Assembly (NCBI GenBank): GCA_011109175.1
Contig: RDEW01000014.1
Location: forward strand, 930,001-994,000
DNA: 64,000 bases
Origin: Dicyema japonicum
Lineage: Eukaryota; Animalia; Dicyemida
Reading direction: 5' to 3'
Shown here: positions 50,064 to 63,805 of the stretch, in pieces
How the letters are laid out: each line of letters begins with the position of its first letter
Numbering within the stretch: the first letter of the stretch is position 1
Notes under the pieces: model-generated
What the model was told of the DNA's origin: nothing
The model's input: only the letters and a program-made list of their open reading frames with translations
Database searches by the model: none
Position numbers and translations under genes: made by a program

Positions 50064-51910
50064 ATGATCCCCTTTTTTAAGAAAAGGATATCATTCTCCG
50101 ACCATAACAATTTGGAGGAAAGGGGAATAAATTTGAACTTATTTATGGATCATTTTTCTAGCCATGATACATTATTGAACGACAAATTTAATTTTGATGA
50201 GGTGGGATTAAAAATTTTAATCCTTTTAGTATTTTAATAAGACTTGCAAATCTAAAATCCAAAAGAACGATAAACTCAAAAAAATACTGCGAAATCCAAA
50301 TATTTCGCTCAGTACTTTTACTCGTTCAATACTGTGGCTTAGTCTGATGGGAGGACTCAAAGAAAATGAGATATACACGTGCTCAGAATTCGACAAATTT
50401 GATGGTTCTAAATACTCTAAGGTTCAGTGGAGACTAGCCACCGTCCTTCCTTCATGAATAAAAACTTCGAGACCAATTACTATTTGAACGATGAGGGTCG
50501 CAGAGATGCATACCGGATTATGTCATACATTGCCTACGTAAATCCTAATTTTTCATATTGCCCGCTTTTGTGAGCTTTGGTGTTATTTAAAGATATTTTC
50601 TGTGCAATGTGTTCCTCCACTACTTCGATTCTTCGGTCTCTATGGCTATTCTTCAAAACATGATTGAAAACTCAGATTTCTTTGGCATTGGGTTCTCGCA
50701 CTCTGCCAATGAAAAATTAGCTTACGTGCATAAGCATTTTTGTGGTCAGTTTTCGGTTTTAAAATTCGTTTTATTAAACAGAAAAATGGTTTTAATCTCT
50801 CCAGTCACAACCACTCCTCCCCTAGTGATTGGATTTCCTGTTTGTTTTACACTCTCCCATTCGCATATTTAGTATGATAGTTGTTTCAAAGCACAGTAGG
50901 TCCGCATTTTGGACTGCTACGCGTTTGAGGGAATCAAAGTCATCATCAGATTCGGAGTGGCTGTAGCCCACTATATCGAAAAGAAGTTAATTCATGAAAA
51001 TATTATATTTAGTAGGAACATGTTTAATTCATCGGATATTAGCAATACTTCAGACTTTGAGACATGGAAGAGTCACTTTTCTTCTACAAATGTGAGTTTG
51101 GACAAGCTTTTCAGGGTTATCTATATTTTAAATTTTACAGAAAGCTTTTAGATTGCCCATCACCAGATATAAGATAAGTTCGTTGATGAAAATTCCCATA
51201 AAAAAAGAATCGTTTGTTTCATATTGCAGCCAAAAGAGCTCACGGTCCAATGTGGGAGGAATTCAGCGACTCAATTTGTATTATGTGACTGAGTTGACCC
51301 CCGTTAATTCGCATATTTTGGACGAGCATCACGTTCGACCAATTTTGATCATATTTTTTAGTTCCGAGTCTTGTGGAGCTGGCTTCCCTTTCGAATGCTT
51401 GCTAAGGATCCGAAACTGATTTTCACTACAAGGGAACATGGTTGGAGTTTGAAGACGTTTTATTCAAAATGTGCTCAGTGGGAGAATGTCTTTGTGTTTT
51501 ATGAAGTGATGACTGGCGAGGTTTGTATGGTAAAGTATGGCCCAGAAATTCGGATTCTTTTCCCCAGTCGAGCTAAATGTGACCCATAATACCTCAAGGT
51601 ACTATGGAACTGGAGAAACTTTCGTTTTTACGATTCACCCAAAATTAAAGAACTTTCCATGGGTGGGGATCGCTAAGCACGGACGCACAACTCACAACGA
51701 AGAGATGTTTATAGCTGGGGATATTAATTTACTCATAGTTGGTGGCGGGTAACATTTTGTCCTTATTTGCTCAGTGGAGGGGAGGCGATTTTTATTCAGG
51801 ATGATCTCTTTGAAGGAAGGTCGGAACACTGTGACACTTTTGATAACGAACCTTTGGTGGATGGCTCAGATTTTGTGTGCAAAATAGTGGAAGTTGTAGG
51901 ATTGCATTGA
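50064..51910 (+). CDS. TBC1D24: TBC1D24/skywalker-like TBC + TLDc protein (start codon uncertain)
   Basis: YCPLL..FLHY, RILDCYAFEGIKV, WSWLP.R...PKLIFTTREHGWSLKTFY, YYGTGETFVF, LIVGGG and DTFDNEPL. Contains micro-introns. Confidence 0.9.
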
Positions 51911-53225
51911 ATATATGATTTATGTATTTAGTTCATTTATTGAACTTATTTTATATTGATTTGTTTGCTTTATTTTATTATTGGTATCTCTAGAAACTTT
52001 ATTGAGTTATATTGGAAATTATGTCCTCTTTGACACAATGCGTGTTACTGACGTTTTCTAAAAAAACTTTTGTGTTTTTTAATCTATTTTGGTTTTATTT
52101 GTTTGTGGCTTCTCCAACTGATCTCTATCATGAGATGAAAACCACGTTAGCTATGTCGGGGCGGATCAAACTTTAAAACTTAATAAATGTTCTGACTCAT
52201 GGGTGAGCGCATTTCCTTGCAAATCGACAGTGGATGAACAATGAATGCATGCTCGTTCAACCCGTTCTCAATTATGAGAGCAGCCAGTGAGTGCTAATTG
52301 TTGACTTTTTGTCTTTAATTGGCTTAATAAAGTGATAATAAATGCTCTTGACAAAATATCTTGTGTTTAATTTTCAACAATTGATAATAGATTTTCTAAG
52401 AGATAGGCGACCACAAAATTATGAAATATTGCTCTGTTTTTGGTTTTTTAATTGATAAATAAGCAATTGTTGCATTAATCAAATTATGATTTTGCAGCAT
52501 AATTAAAATAACTAATGATAGACACACCAGCTGCTTAATTTACAAGTAGTTATTGACTGAAAGCAATTATAATACTGTCTTGATAGTCTAAGAAAATGTT
52601 TAACTATTATGGACATTCTGCTTAATTCGGTTTACCTAACTATTAATTCTCTTGTTTCTCCTCACACAGGATATTTAAGGTCCTCAAATTTGGTCAAACG
52701 GGAATGATATCCGAACATCATCCAATGCTTTCCTATATCCGAAAGTTCGTGTATCCGATGTCTCCAGAGTTCAAAAATGAACAAGAGGTTACATCCTAAG
52801 CGTTACACTTCATAGTGCATCAGAGTTACGTCACCAGTTCAACAGTCCGAGCAATTAAGTGTTTAATTGGACGAAAAATATTATCTCATATATTTTCAGG
52901 TCAAGCAATTATATATCCATTCAATTAATAGATATCAAATTGATTTTATTCATAAAAGCAAATATTCTAAAAATTCACATAAATTTATTATTTTTTATTT
53001 AAGAAAGAAAAGAGAGTAAATATATAAATTAAGTCATATATAAATTAATTTCAAGAATCTGAATATTAATTAATCAAATAATTAGCATTAAATTCTTTAT
53101 CTAAATTCACAATTTGCTGAGAAACAGTAGGTATTCTTAATATTAGTAGCTCAGTTAAAAAAATTGCCAAAGCGTAAATCAATAATGGAGAAAAAATTTC
53201 CTAAAAAGCGGAGTTCTAATTTTTT

Positions 53226-53355
53226 CGCCGTCACTCGTCAAGGCAAAGCATCGTAGATGTGTAGAACCTACAACCAGCGAGATTCTAACTATAGGAACGT
53301 ACAGCAGCGAGATTCTAACTATAGTCCATCCGGCATCTTACCCGGCACTCGTTAC
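53226..53355 (-). repeat. tRNA-derived SINE-like fragment
   Basis: Matches 63918-64000; the B-box-like segment is duplicated. Confidence 0.65.
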
Positions 53356-53411
53356 ATCTTCAAAACTTTCAAAAATACTTCTTAAAATTTGATTTAGAAT
53401 ATTATTATATT

Positions 53412-53533
53412 TCGGAGTTGTTTTAGCAACCAGAATCGAACCTGCCTGAGGAGGCTGGCGAACAGGCAGGCGAGGAAGGTTGTTGATTATTAAATATATT
53501 AACTTTTTTATTGTTTGTTAAATAAAGTGGGAT
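53412..53533 (+). mobile_element. Short 3'-end copy of the R4/Dong-like element
   Basis: Almost identical to 8033-8150. Confidence 0.9.
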
Positions 53534-53539
53534 ATAAAA

Positions 53540-54190
53540 TTAGCAACAAAATAGAATCTCTTAGTGCTATGTTTACTGGTCTCAAATATCCATTAAGGAC
53601 TTCTGGAAGCGTTATACGCGGACGTCCTCTGAACCTTTTTCCAGATGTTTCGAAGAATTCTTCCCTTATGATGGTTGCTGCCGTATTTTGCTCCATTCTT
53701 AGACTGTGACCAAACAGTATACAGCGCATCTTCATGATCAGGGAGCTCAGAGGTCCGGAAGAGAATCTTTTGTATAATGCTCCACTCCTTACACCCATTG
53801 TTCAATTTAGTTCCAAGGGAGAACGAAGTTGCTTCCTATGAAAGAATTCGAGCTTTTGTCCGTCGGTTTTCGAGATTCCCCATGTTCCAGAGTTATACGT
53901 GAGGATCGTTTTCACGAAAGTCTCATACAATCTGAGTCGGAGTGATGGGCAAACTGGACGCATTTTGATCCATCCTTTCAAAAGGCTTTGAATGGTCACC
54001 TTAAATAAAAATTTCCTTCTAGCAGTGTCTTCTGATTCCCCAAGAAACGAGCTAAGTTTTATGACCTTTTTCCAGTTTTCGGTACTGTATGGTTGCATCC
54101 GCTTGATATCGCCTATATCTGTCTTCGAAGTGTTCATTAATAGATACCATTTAGCCAGTAACTCTGGTGGTACTCCATGAGACGTCTTAG
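53540..54190 (-). mobile_element. RTE 3' fragment
   Basis: LRLYETFVKTILTYNSGTW, LFGHSLRM, RGRPR. Confidence 0.85.
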
Positions 54191-54699
54191 TTTTAAAAGG
54201 AAAGCAGAAGATATCAAATGATGAAAACTCTGAAGATTGTTACAAGGGACCTCTCAGTTTGCCATGGGTGTGGCGAAAGCAACAACAGGAAGTGTGTTTG
54301 TTGTTCTACGTGCTTTGAATTCTTCCACATTAGCTGCGCACAACTCAAGTCGCAGTAAAATGCCTTCCTCACTGGAACTGCCGCAGTTGTCTGACTGCAC
54401 GGGAAATCAAAAATTTTCCAACTCGCGGAAATCAACAAGATACCATTACGAATACCTGAGATGGAAAAAAAGAATGAAAAAATAGTCCCGAGACGTCATT
54501 TCCTAATGTGTATAATATGCGGATACAAGAACACTGGGAAATATGGTATAAAATGCTCATGTTGCTACGATTACCACCAACTGAGCTGTGTGAGGATAGG
54601 TAAATCTTGTGTAAACAATGAACCCTCGAAGTGAACTCATTAAAGAATCGGACCCGTTCTCGAGCAGCCAATCTTTGACTACAACTCTGTCATCTTAAA

Positions 54700-57330
54700 C
54701 ATATACAGCCTGGGAAAGTTTAAGAAAATACAACTGAGGATTCCGAAGGCCGTTCGAATCCCTGCCGTTTCAGTGAAGGTTCTTGGATAAGATTACTTAG
54801 CTTTGCTCATCTCGCTCTTGGCCTCTCCATCAATGAATCTACGAAAAATGACAACAGCCAAACTGAAGCCATACGTTCTGAAGGTGACATAAGTTCAATA
54901 TTTCCTCAAAAATGAAGAATATTCTCACTATTTATGAACACAACTCCACCAACATTCAGGTCCCGCAAATATGTAAACCCTCGCCAAACCAAAACCCAAT
55001 TCTGACAAACTAAAAAAGAGGGTGAATCGAAAAGTTATCGTATGTGCTATCTGAGCAGCTCTACGGCTGGTTGCTCCAGACAATACAGTCTCTTTTCCGT
55101 CCCCAACTGTTCTTGAGACGCTAAGGAAGAAACATCCAAACCATCCGGACGACCTTTGCACACCTACTACTCTTGATACCACTCTGAAGATATCTATCAA
55201 CGAGAGAGATGTGCGACTCGGGATTGAATCGTTTGCTGCCAATAGCAGCGGAGGACTGGATGGACTGCGTCCGGGCCATATCAGGGATCTGAAGTCTGGT
55301 CCTACAGCTGAGGCTGGACATGATATCATCAAGTCGATCACTAATCTTATCTTCCGTATAATCAATGGCGACCTTCTCTTCTCTGCCACCTACTGGTATT
55401 CAAAAAAGTTATGGAGGCGTTCGTCCTATTGCAATTGGAAACTATTTCCGAAGATTTGCTGCAAAAATTACTTCCAGGCTTGTCTCTCCAAGGATCAGTT
55501 AAGAATTATCCCAAACTTACTGAATGTATGCGTACGTAACGGATGCGAAGTTTCAGTGCACGCAACGAGGTGTTTCTTCTCACAAAAAACCAAAATAATC
55601 CGTGTCTGGGATTTAAGTTGGACATCACTAATGCCTTCAATTTGTTAAAGAGAGATCATAGCATTGAAGTATGCAGCAAGAGAGCACGAGGTCATTCCCA
55701 TTGTAAATCTTTCATACGGATCACATTCCTTTCTGGTTTTCGGGGATGAGATCATCAAGTCGCAGTCCGGAGTACAGCAAGGAGACCCGTTAAGATTACT
55801 CCTTTTTAAATTGACGGTCGATCGTTCGTTCCTGTCGATACTGAATTCAACCTCTGGTATTTCTATGACGGAAAAAATGGAAAGACATGGAGAAATGTTT
55901 ATAACAGTATATCACACTTGGTACCTGCCTTACATGATCTCGGATATGAGGTCAATATAAAAAATCGGAGCTCATCAATATTTCATATCTGGAAAACGAT
56001 TTCCTCCACGTGGCAGGAATATTTAACAGTCTATTACTGGGTATATCTGTCATCTTCTTGAGCAAGTCTTTTTTCTTTGATGCTCAATCGACGATGCAGA
56101 ATTACGCCATTGGATACCGATTCACATCAGTGGCCATAGAAACGTCGGGAGCCGTAGAATCCCTCACTGAGGCTTTTCTGAAAGAAATAGGAGGGAAACT
56201 AGCGAGCCGAAAAAAAGAACCCCGCTAATCGTTCTGACTAAGGCAACGAGTCTGGGTTGCTTTATTACGTGGAAACGTATACGCAATCTTCTCTGCAAAA
56301 ACTAAATTTTTTAAATTTTTTTTGTTAATAAATTATTTCCTTTAAAAAAAGTTAAGTGTATCTCGGACAACAAAGATTACGAATCCGTGCTGCCGTGAGG
56401 ATTCTTGCAGATCAGAACCGTATACTTAAGTTATCCAAACAGTCCTACTCAGCACTAGTCGAGCGACAACCTAGTCCCCTAATCGACCATCGGATCTACA
56501 CTTGCTCTGAATCTACTTGTTTCATAAGATGACGTAAAAGATGGAATTCACTCTTTCTTCCGATCAGTAGTGGAGGACTTGAGGAGCTCAAAAATCACAT
56601 TGCTCAGAACACAGGAAATTTTGGCGTCTGAGTTGTGTCGGTTATCACAAAATTGATCAACAGGATGCTTTCCGGGACACTACGAGAAGTAATTCATTAC
56701 ATAATGTTCTCCGCCAAACAAACTAAAAGGGAGGGGGAATACGCCCCATAGTTGTTGGCTTTGTCTTCCGTCGGTTCGTCACAAAACTTGCATGCGCTTG
56801 TCAAGCAGCTGCGACCAACCCAAATAGGGTCGGCACTTCCGGTGGTTGTGAAACAGCAGTTCACGCTATTTTTAAAACAAGAATATTCTTCATGTGATCT
56901 TCAAAATTGATATCAAAAACGCCTTCAACACTATACGATGTGATGCAATTTTGGAAGATTATTTTGCATTCCCTCTTCCTCTGGAGTCCAACAAGGAGAT
57001 CCACTGGACCCATCCTTGTTCCTCCTCGGAATTGGCCGTATCAAGTGATGTTATTCTACTCCTTTGGAAGTGTGGTAATTAGATAATTCCGCCGTGTCGG
57101 TCATTCGCTTGGATCGATGCTTCTTGATCGGAAGCGTCGGGCCCACTTTGACGACGATGCTGTTCGCATCGCATCTCTATCAAACTTGGACTGGAGATAT
57201 AGCAGACTCACAACTGCCGGTGCGGTGTTATCGTCGACTGTTATGAACATCCATACTGAAACCGGTCGGCCTCGACAGAAAAAACGGAAAACGGCCGGAC
57301 GGAATTACAATCTTAACCATTAGAGACCAC
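54700..57330 (+). mobile_element. Two tandem degraded CRE-like copies (about 54700-56300 and 56350-57330)
   Basis: SSGGLDGLRPGHIRDL, GVQQGDP, VAIETSG; the second has IDIKNAFNT and RPDG remnants. Confidence 0.8.
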
Positions 57331-57333
57331 GGT

Positions 57334-57657
57334 AGACACGCTGTATGCTGTGGAAAGCTATGAAGGTCAAGGAAAAAATAAGAAGTGCTGTAGAAATAAA
57401 TGGGAAATCGCTTCGCTTCATCAAGAAGGAGGAATGTCTGGCTACATTCAAAAGCCACGACCCACGTGAGACTCAGTCGCTTATCAAGATGATGCAAAAT
57501 ATCAACGAAAGGCTTTATTATGGTCTGCAAGTATTGACCCTTCATGATCGCGAGCCCAATTTTCTGGAAGAAACCTCGTGTCATACATGACCACATCTCT
57601 ACCAAAGCAATCCAAAGACTGCTCTGGAACGATCTGTAGGATATTAATAATAACACC
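57334..57657 (+). mobile_element. Unclassified insertion with short (TAA)n tract
   Basis: 12-bp direct repeat agagaccacggt at 57322-57333 and 57658-57669. Confidence 0.55.
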
Positions 57658-58372
57658 AGAGACCACGGTTACACAAACTAACTAATCACATGATTCAAGC
57701 ACGCTCTAGCAGGGACTTAATCTTGCTCTCCCTCGACCCCACACAAGCACGTATTGGTCGAGTGACTGGATCTTCGCATTCATGACGGCGCTTTCCATAG
57801 TTCATTCGTATCAAGGCATCAAGAGGCATTGGTGGCTGGAACTCTCCGTGATTTTGGAGGCTCATTTTCGGCTAGCCTCGATCTTCAAGATATTTGTCCA
57901 AGAGATGAATGGGGCCCATATACCACATGCGCAAGAGATGCATGGTTCAATAGGATTGTCCTCCCTTATTGATGGATGACTCGGAGACTACCTGGACAGA
58001 AAAACAAGGTGGCCCTAGCAAAACTACGTTCTGTGCACTTCCTCCTTAGAGAAGAGTTGGGCTTTGCCTTCCATCATTGGATCAACTATCATTGATACTA
58101 AGAAAGCTTTTCTCTAGTGAACATAGAAGACTTGTAGAACCACTAGCTGATCGACGCCTGAAAACGGCCGGCCTCCTACAAGGTAGCGAGGTCTAACTCA
58201 TTAATTAAATACTTTATGATAATTGATATTTCAAAAATATAACATTTTGATTGATAATTTCTTATTTTTAATGTTATTTAGATAAGAAAAATAATTTAAT
58301 TGTTGGTAAACCTTCATTTTATTATTAAGCGCCAAAAAAAGTTAAATATAATTTATTTCGGTTGTTGGTCAA

Positions 58373-58785
58373 ATGGCACGTCTAAAGAAAATGCATCAAC
58401 GCAATTGGCCCCAAGTTGTCCAAAATGAAATAGAGGATCATAAACATCGATTCAACAGCCAAATATACTCTGGGATATCTTCCATTCCTACCAAATTAAG
58501 AAAAGTTGAAAGAAAAATAGAAATCCCAAAATGTAAGCAAAACAGAAAAAAGTCGCGGATAATGAATTATGCATAAATAAACGTTCATTTCAATCATTGG
58601 TGAAATCTATAATGAGAAAAGAGAATGCTTCTTTGAGAATATCAGTTGTAGCGTTATCTGGACTACAAGTAGCTGCTGAACAGTTCATTTGCGATAAGTT
58701 TGAGAAGGCAAATTTATGTGCTGCACATGCTAATAGGATTACCGCTATGGAACGTGATCTCAAGCTATTAGAAAGGATTCAATAG
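58373..58785 (+). CDS. Highly divergent histone H3-like protein
   Basis: NELCINKRSFQSLVKSI...LRIS..AL..LQ.AAE..FE.ANLCAAHANRIT..ERDL histone fold and an MAR start. The frame is joined by a 20-nt intron (58532-58551) or a 1-nt indel. Confidence 0.8.
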
Positions 58786-58929
58786 ATTTGTTAACATTAG
58801 TTTGTTTATGAGTTTGTTTCTTCAATTGGTTTAATAAATAGTAAAATTATTCTTTTAGTCATTAAATCATAGATTTTTAGATTTTCAATATTAATCTTTA
58901 AAATTCAATTATAAGCTAGGCAGTCTGGT

Positions 58930-61900
58930 TCAGCTGGTGACATGGCTCTGCTACACATGTCTAAAAAACACTCATTATACAATCGAGAACTCAGGCTAAT
59001 GACGTTTAACGTAAGTGGAATATCGAATGATTGGACAAGGAAAGTACTTTGTGACGATCTTGAGAAATACAAAATATCTATTGGCTGCCTACAAGAGACG
59101 AAAATCGATAATGGACGCAATGAAACTTGGAACACTACCGACTGATTCTCTTCCCGACTGAATGCAAGCACTACGGCATGGGATTTGCCTTACATGTGGA
59201 TACCTCAAAAAACTACATCGCTATTGGAGAGTCAACGACCAAAAATGTGTCCTATAAGTCAAACTAAATGATTTATGCCTGTCCAAGAGTCTATTAACTA
59301 TCATAAATGTCTATGTACCACACTGCGGACGAGTAATCAAGAATCCCGGTGAGCTTGAGGAATTCTACTTAGAACTATCAAGCACATATTCGAATAATGG
59401 GTCCTCGTCCCTTGTCTTTGTTGCGGGAGATATAAATGCAAAGGCCGGAATGCGAATGAGACCCGAAGAATCCTATATTGGAAGACACGGCGTGGAAGAA
59501 GAAATGCATCTAGAGCCTCTCTCGTATCCTTCTGCGAGCCAAATAGCCTATTCCTGTGCAACACGGTCTTCACGCACTCAGCTCGCCACAAGACGACATG
59601 GCACGGACAAAGGAAAAACTCTGTCGGGGAGACCGTAAATATATACAATCAAATAGACTTCATTATCTGCGAAAGTCTGATAAACACCTGCTAAATGGTG
59701 CACGTTCCTACTAGGGGACAACAACTGAGAGCGACCATAGGATAGTTATTGCAGAACTGTCTGTAAAAAAGCATTTGACTGGGAAAAAATATATTAAAAA
59801 AGCGAAGAAGGCGAGACAAAGGCCCAAAATATACTTTCTGACAGAAAATTGTGGTTAGAAGCTGCTGTGGACAAAGAAAGAACAAAACTTCCTTCACATC
59901 AAAACAAAGAAGGAAAATTCATGGGTAACCCAGAAGAAAAAGCCGAATTAATTGCAAGTCACTTTGAAATGTTGCTGAATACAGACAATTAAGAATTTCC
60001 TCCTTTCCAGGGAGAACCGACGGCATTAATGAATGCATCACAGTGGAAGAAGTTGAATCAGCTCTAAATAAACTGAAGAATAACAAGAGTGCTGGGCCAG
60101 ATAACATAAGCCCTGAGCTTTTAAAATATGGGCCAAAAAAACTTAGTGAAACAATTGCAAAAATCCTAAATGACATCTTTGAAACTAATACCGATCTAGG
60201 ACTTGGAAATGGATTATTATACCCATACAAAAACCGAATAAAGCGAAAGGACTAGTAGAAAATCTCCCCCCGACCATACTTCTGAACTCGATACGCAAGG
60301 TGCTGGAAAATATTGTACTAAGCATGATAAAGGGTGCGGCGGATATACCAGCAAGTCAAAGTGGGTTCCGAGAAGGGAGGTCTACGGCGGACATTGTATG
60401 GAGCCATAGATGGCGCTGTGCAACGCACCAAAGAATCAAGAGCGCAACGACCGTGTTGGGAAAAGACAGAAACTGATGAATGTGCTTGAGCAAATATTGG
60501 ATGAAAACAATACTCCGATCAACTTCTTCCAACATCCTCGATCGTAAGAGAGTTTCCTCAACTCGTCCAGGTCGTCCCCACTTCTTAGACGTTTGTTCAC
60601 GAGCTTTAGATCTCCGTCAAGTGTTTCAGGTAGTGTAATACGCAGGCGTCCACGAAAACATGATCCCTGTCTCACAAAGTAGTTTTCCATTGCTATGTTT
60701 GCTGGAGCGCCCAAGTCCATACGCAAGATATGTCCAAATAGCCTCCAGCGCATGTCAGCAATTTCGAGACTCAGTGGACCTGCGCAACATCTCTTGTACA
60801 GCGATTCCTTGTTTATTCTTGCTGGCCAGTTCAGTCCTAGTAGCGATCTAAGTTGTCTTTGATGGAAAAAGTCTAGTCCAAGTTGTTCGGTTTTGGACGT
60901 TCCCCAGGTCGATGAATTGTACATTAGGATCGGCTTGACAAAGGCTTCATACAGTCTCAAAGAAGTGATGTGCATGATTGTCGTTTACCAATCCACTCTT
61001 TCTTCAACTTGTTCATCGTCACCCAAGTGAGGGCTTTCCTTCTGGCAATATCTTGATTGTCTCTAAGTAAAGAGCCAAGTTCGTTTGTTTTTCGCCACGT
61101 TTCACTTGATCTGCTTTGCATTCTCCTGATTTCCACAATGTCAGTTTTTGCGATATTCATTCCAAGGAACCATCGGGTCAGCTCAGCAGGTGCCACCTCG
61201 AGGAGTCGAAGTAGGGCCGATTTGTCTTCTGGCACAATGTTGACGTCGTCCGCACAAGCAATTTCGACGATGTTGCCATTATAGAACTTCCGAAGATCTC
61301 GTAATGGTAGGTAGAAGATATTTGTCCAAGAGATGAATGGCCTTTGGTAGGTAGAAGTCGTTGCCCAGTTCATGTCGTTTTATGACGTGCGGGATGTTGG
61401 AAACCAGTATTACATAGGAACAGATCAAATGCCTGGCAAAACTTTGATCTGTTCCTTAAGATGGTCGGGAGATGTACTAATAACTAATAAGCTGGGCTCT
61501 CTACTAGGAGACGCTGAAGATGTACTAAGGAGGAAAACACTGGCAAATGCGGCAATGGCTAAACTGAGGAAATGATGGCTAAGAGCCAAAGGACTTGGAA
61601 TTGACATTAGATGCAGGCTTTACAACGCCTTTGTGAAACCGATCCTAATGTACAACGCTGGGACCTGGGAAAGTTCCTTCAACGAACTATTGAAACTGAA
61701 TTCGTTCCATGGAAGGCAACTAAGAAGCTTACTCGAAATGGTGTGGCCACGTAGAATATCAACCACTGGTATTTACAACAAGTGTATGTGTTCGTACATC
61801 AGCAAGGATGTGATAGATGCCCGGTGGAGGCTATTTGGACATTTATTAAGAATGAACCCGGACGCACCTGCTAACAAAGCCATGGAAGGTTACTTTGACA

Positions 61901-62055
61901 GTTGCGACAAACTCTTCCGCGGATGACCTAAATCGACACTTCCGACTGCCTTAAACAAAGAACTAAATCGTGTGAGAAAAATCTAAAGATGGGGGACGAC
62001 CAGGACGAATTGAGATCACTAGCATTCGACAGAGGAAGGTGGAAGAGATTTTAAA
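58930..62055 (+). mobile_element. Degraded RTE LINE (second family) containing an oppositely oriented RTE fragment at about 60500-61370
   Basis: TFNVSG, LQET, NQIDF, KSAGPDNI, QSGFREGRST and YNAGTW on the plus strand. ACADD, YNSSTW and WRLFGHILRM on the minus strand. Confidence 0.85.
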
Positions 62056-62177
62056 GTTTCCAGTAAGTTTTGGTGATCTCAATCAATATTGGTGAGCATA
62101 TTCTTATTAAAAATGTCATGTATGGCAAATAAGGCGGGGTACCATGTGGTGTTATGTGGATAGATTGTCTAAAATTA

Positions 62178-62380
62178 TTTTCCTTCCTTCCGATGGCTTC
62201 ATTGGATCCACCTTACTGAAGAGACGGCCAATACTTGTCTGGCATTAAGAGGATCCAACTATTCTTTCCCCATGGACAATTTCGTTACCCAGAGACAAGT
62301 TCTGGAACCCTGGAACGAGTCAGGATCAAGGAGTTAGTTAGTTTGGTTACCCTTGGTCTTTGGAATAATTTTAATTTAAT
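62178..62380 (+). repeat. Dispersed ~200-bp repeat family, copy 3
   Basis: Colinear with 26740-26940. Confidence 0.8.
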
Positions 62381-62439
62381 GTGGCTCGCCGAATACGTGG
62401 TGGCATTTGAAAGAAAAGAGCTACACTTTCCCTATCCAT

Positions 62440-63790
62440 GTTTGCCAAACCCTGGACAAGTCACGATAGTTCAACTGAATTTATATGGAATCGAGAGTAA
62501 GATACTTGAACTTCAAAACTATTCGGAGAAACACCATATCGACGTATAATTACTTCAAGAATCCAGACTTTTCACCAGCAATGCAACACCAAGATTACCG
62601 GGATTCACAGTAATTTGCCGCGACAGACATGTAAAACTTAGTGAAACCTACTGTCTTCGTAGTGGAATTGCGTATGAAGATATCGCTGGCTATGTCTACA
62701 CTATGCTTCATGACGGCGGAAATCTCGAACTTTTCCTGACGATTCCCCAGACTTTCTCTAACATTAGTCAATCATATTTTCCACCTTTAAATTCCTGCTA
62801 CTCCCGTGTTCTTAGATTTTCTTCTCTCACCTCAATGAAGAATGTGCTTATCTGTGGTGACTTCAATGCGAAACATTCTTTATGGGTTGCAGGACATGTC
62901 CATGACAAAAGGAAGATGTTAATTGAGGACCTCCACAGTTTCTACATATTCAACGATCTGGTTTTCCATATAGAACACTAACTTGACGAAATGATGAACC
63001 CTCTTCCATTGAAATCTTACTGCCATCTCCATCCCTGGCCCCTTTTATGACAACAAAAGTGACCACAATCCGATCTTTTTGGAGGTCAAACGAGATCACA
63101 GTCTCTGACACTAATTAATTACAATCTTATAAACTGGAGAAGATTAAATGATTTAGTCTTTTTCAGTTTCACGCTACAGTCCTCAACTGAACAAATGGTT
63201 AAATGGTTCAACATAATTTACCTCAAGGCAAGGAAGTTATGGGCCGACGTCATTCCTCATCAAGATGTTATGGTACACGGACAAGGCTTCTGATATGAGA
63301 ACGGAACTTCCCGAGGAAGAAAAATCGTCTCAAAAATGAAGACATTGTCAGAATATATAAGCTCAATAGAAAAATATACAGACAAATCAAAAACGTGAGC
63401 ATAAAATGGTGGACGAAGCAATCTCAAGATGTCTCTGCAAACGCATCAGTTAGAAGGATCTGGAATTTTAAAAAAATATCAACCATAACCTAAAAAGATG
63501 GCTCTCTAACTTTCTGAGCGGAAGGTGTAGGTAATATGAAATAATGAGAAATCGAGGACACGCTTTGTCCCAAGGATCCCCAATATCACCAACACTGTTC
63601 AATTTGCATATACACTACCACACAGACGAAAACTGTCTCCTTTCATATGCGAACGACATAGCCATTGCTGCAAAAAACAGGAACTACAAAGTCGCCACTC
63701 AAATGCTTCAGGGAATGCTCAATTCCTTAACCCAATGGTTAGAAGGACTACGCATAGTGTGACCTTAAAATCATTTCTAACCCTCTTTAT
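62440..63790 (+). mobile_element. Degraded Jockey/I-like LINE
   Basis: VQLNLYG, LQES, CGDFNAKH, QGSPISPTLFN, YAND. Confidence 0.75.
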
Positions 63791-63805
63791 ATATCACAAG
63801 GAGGC

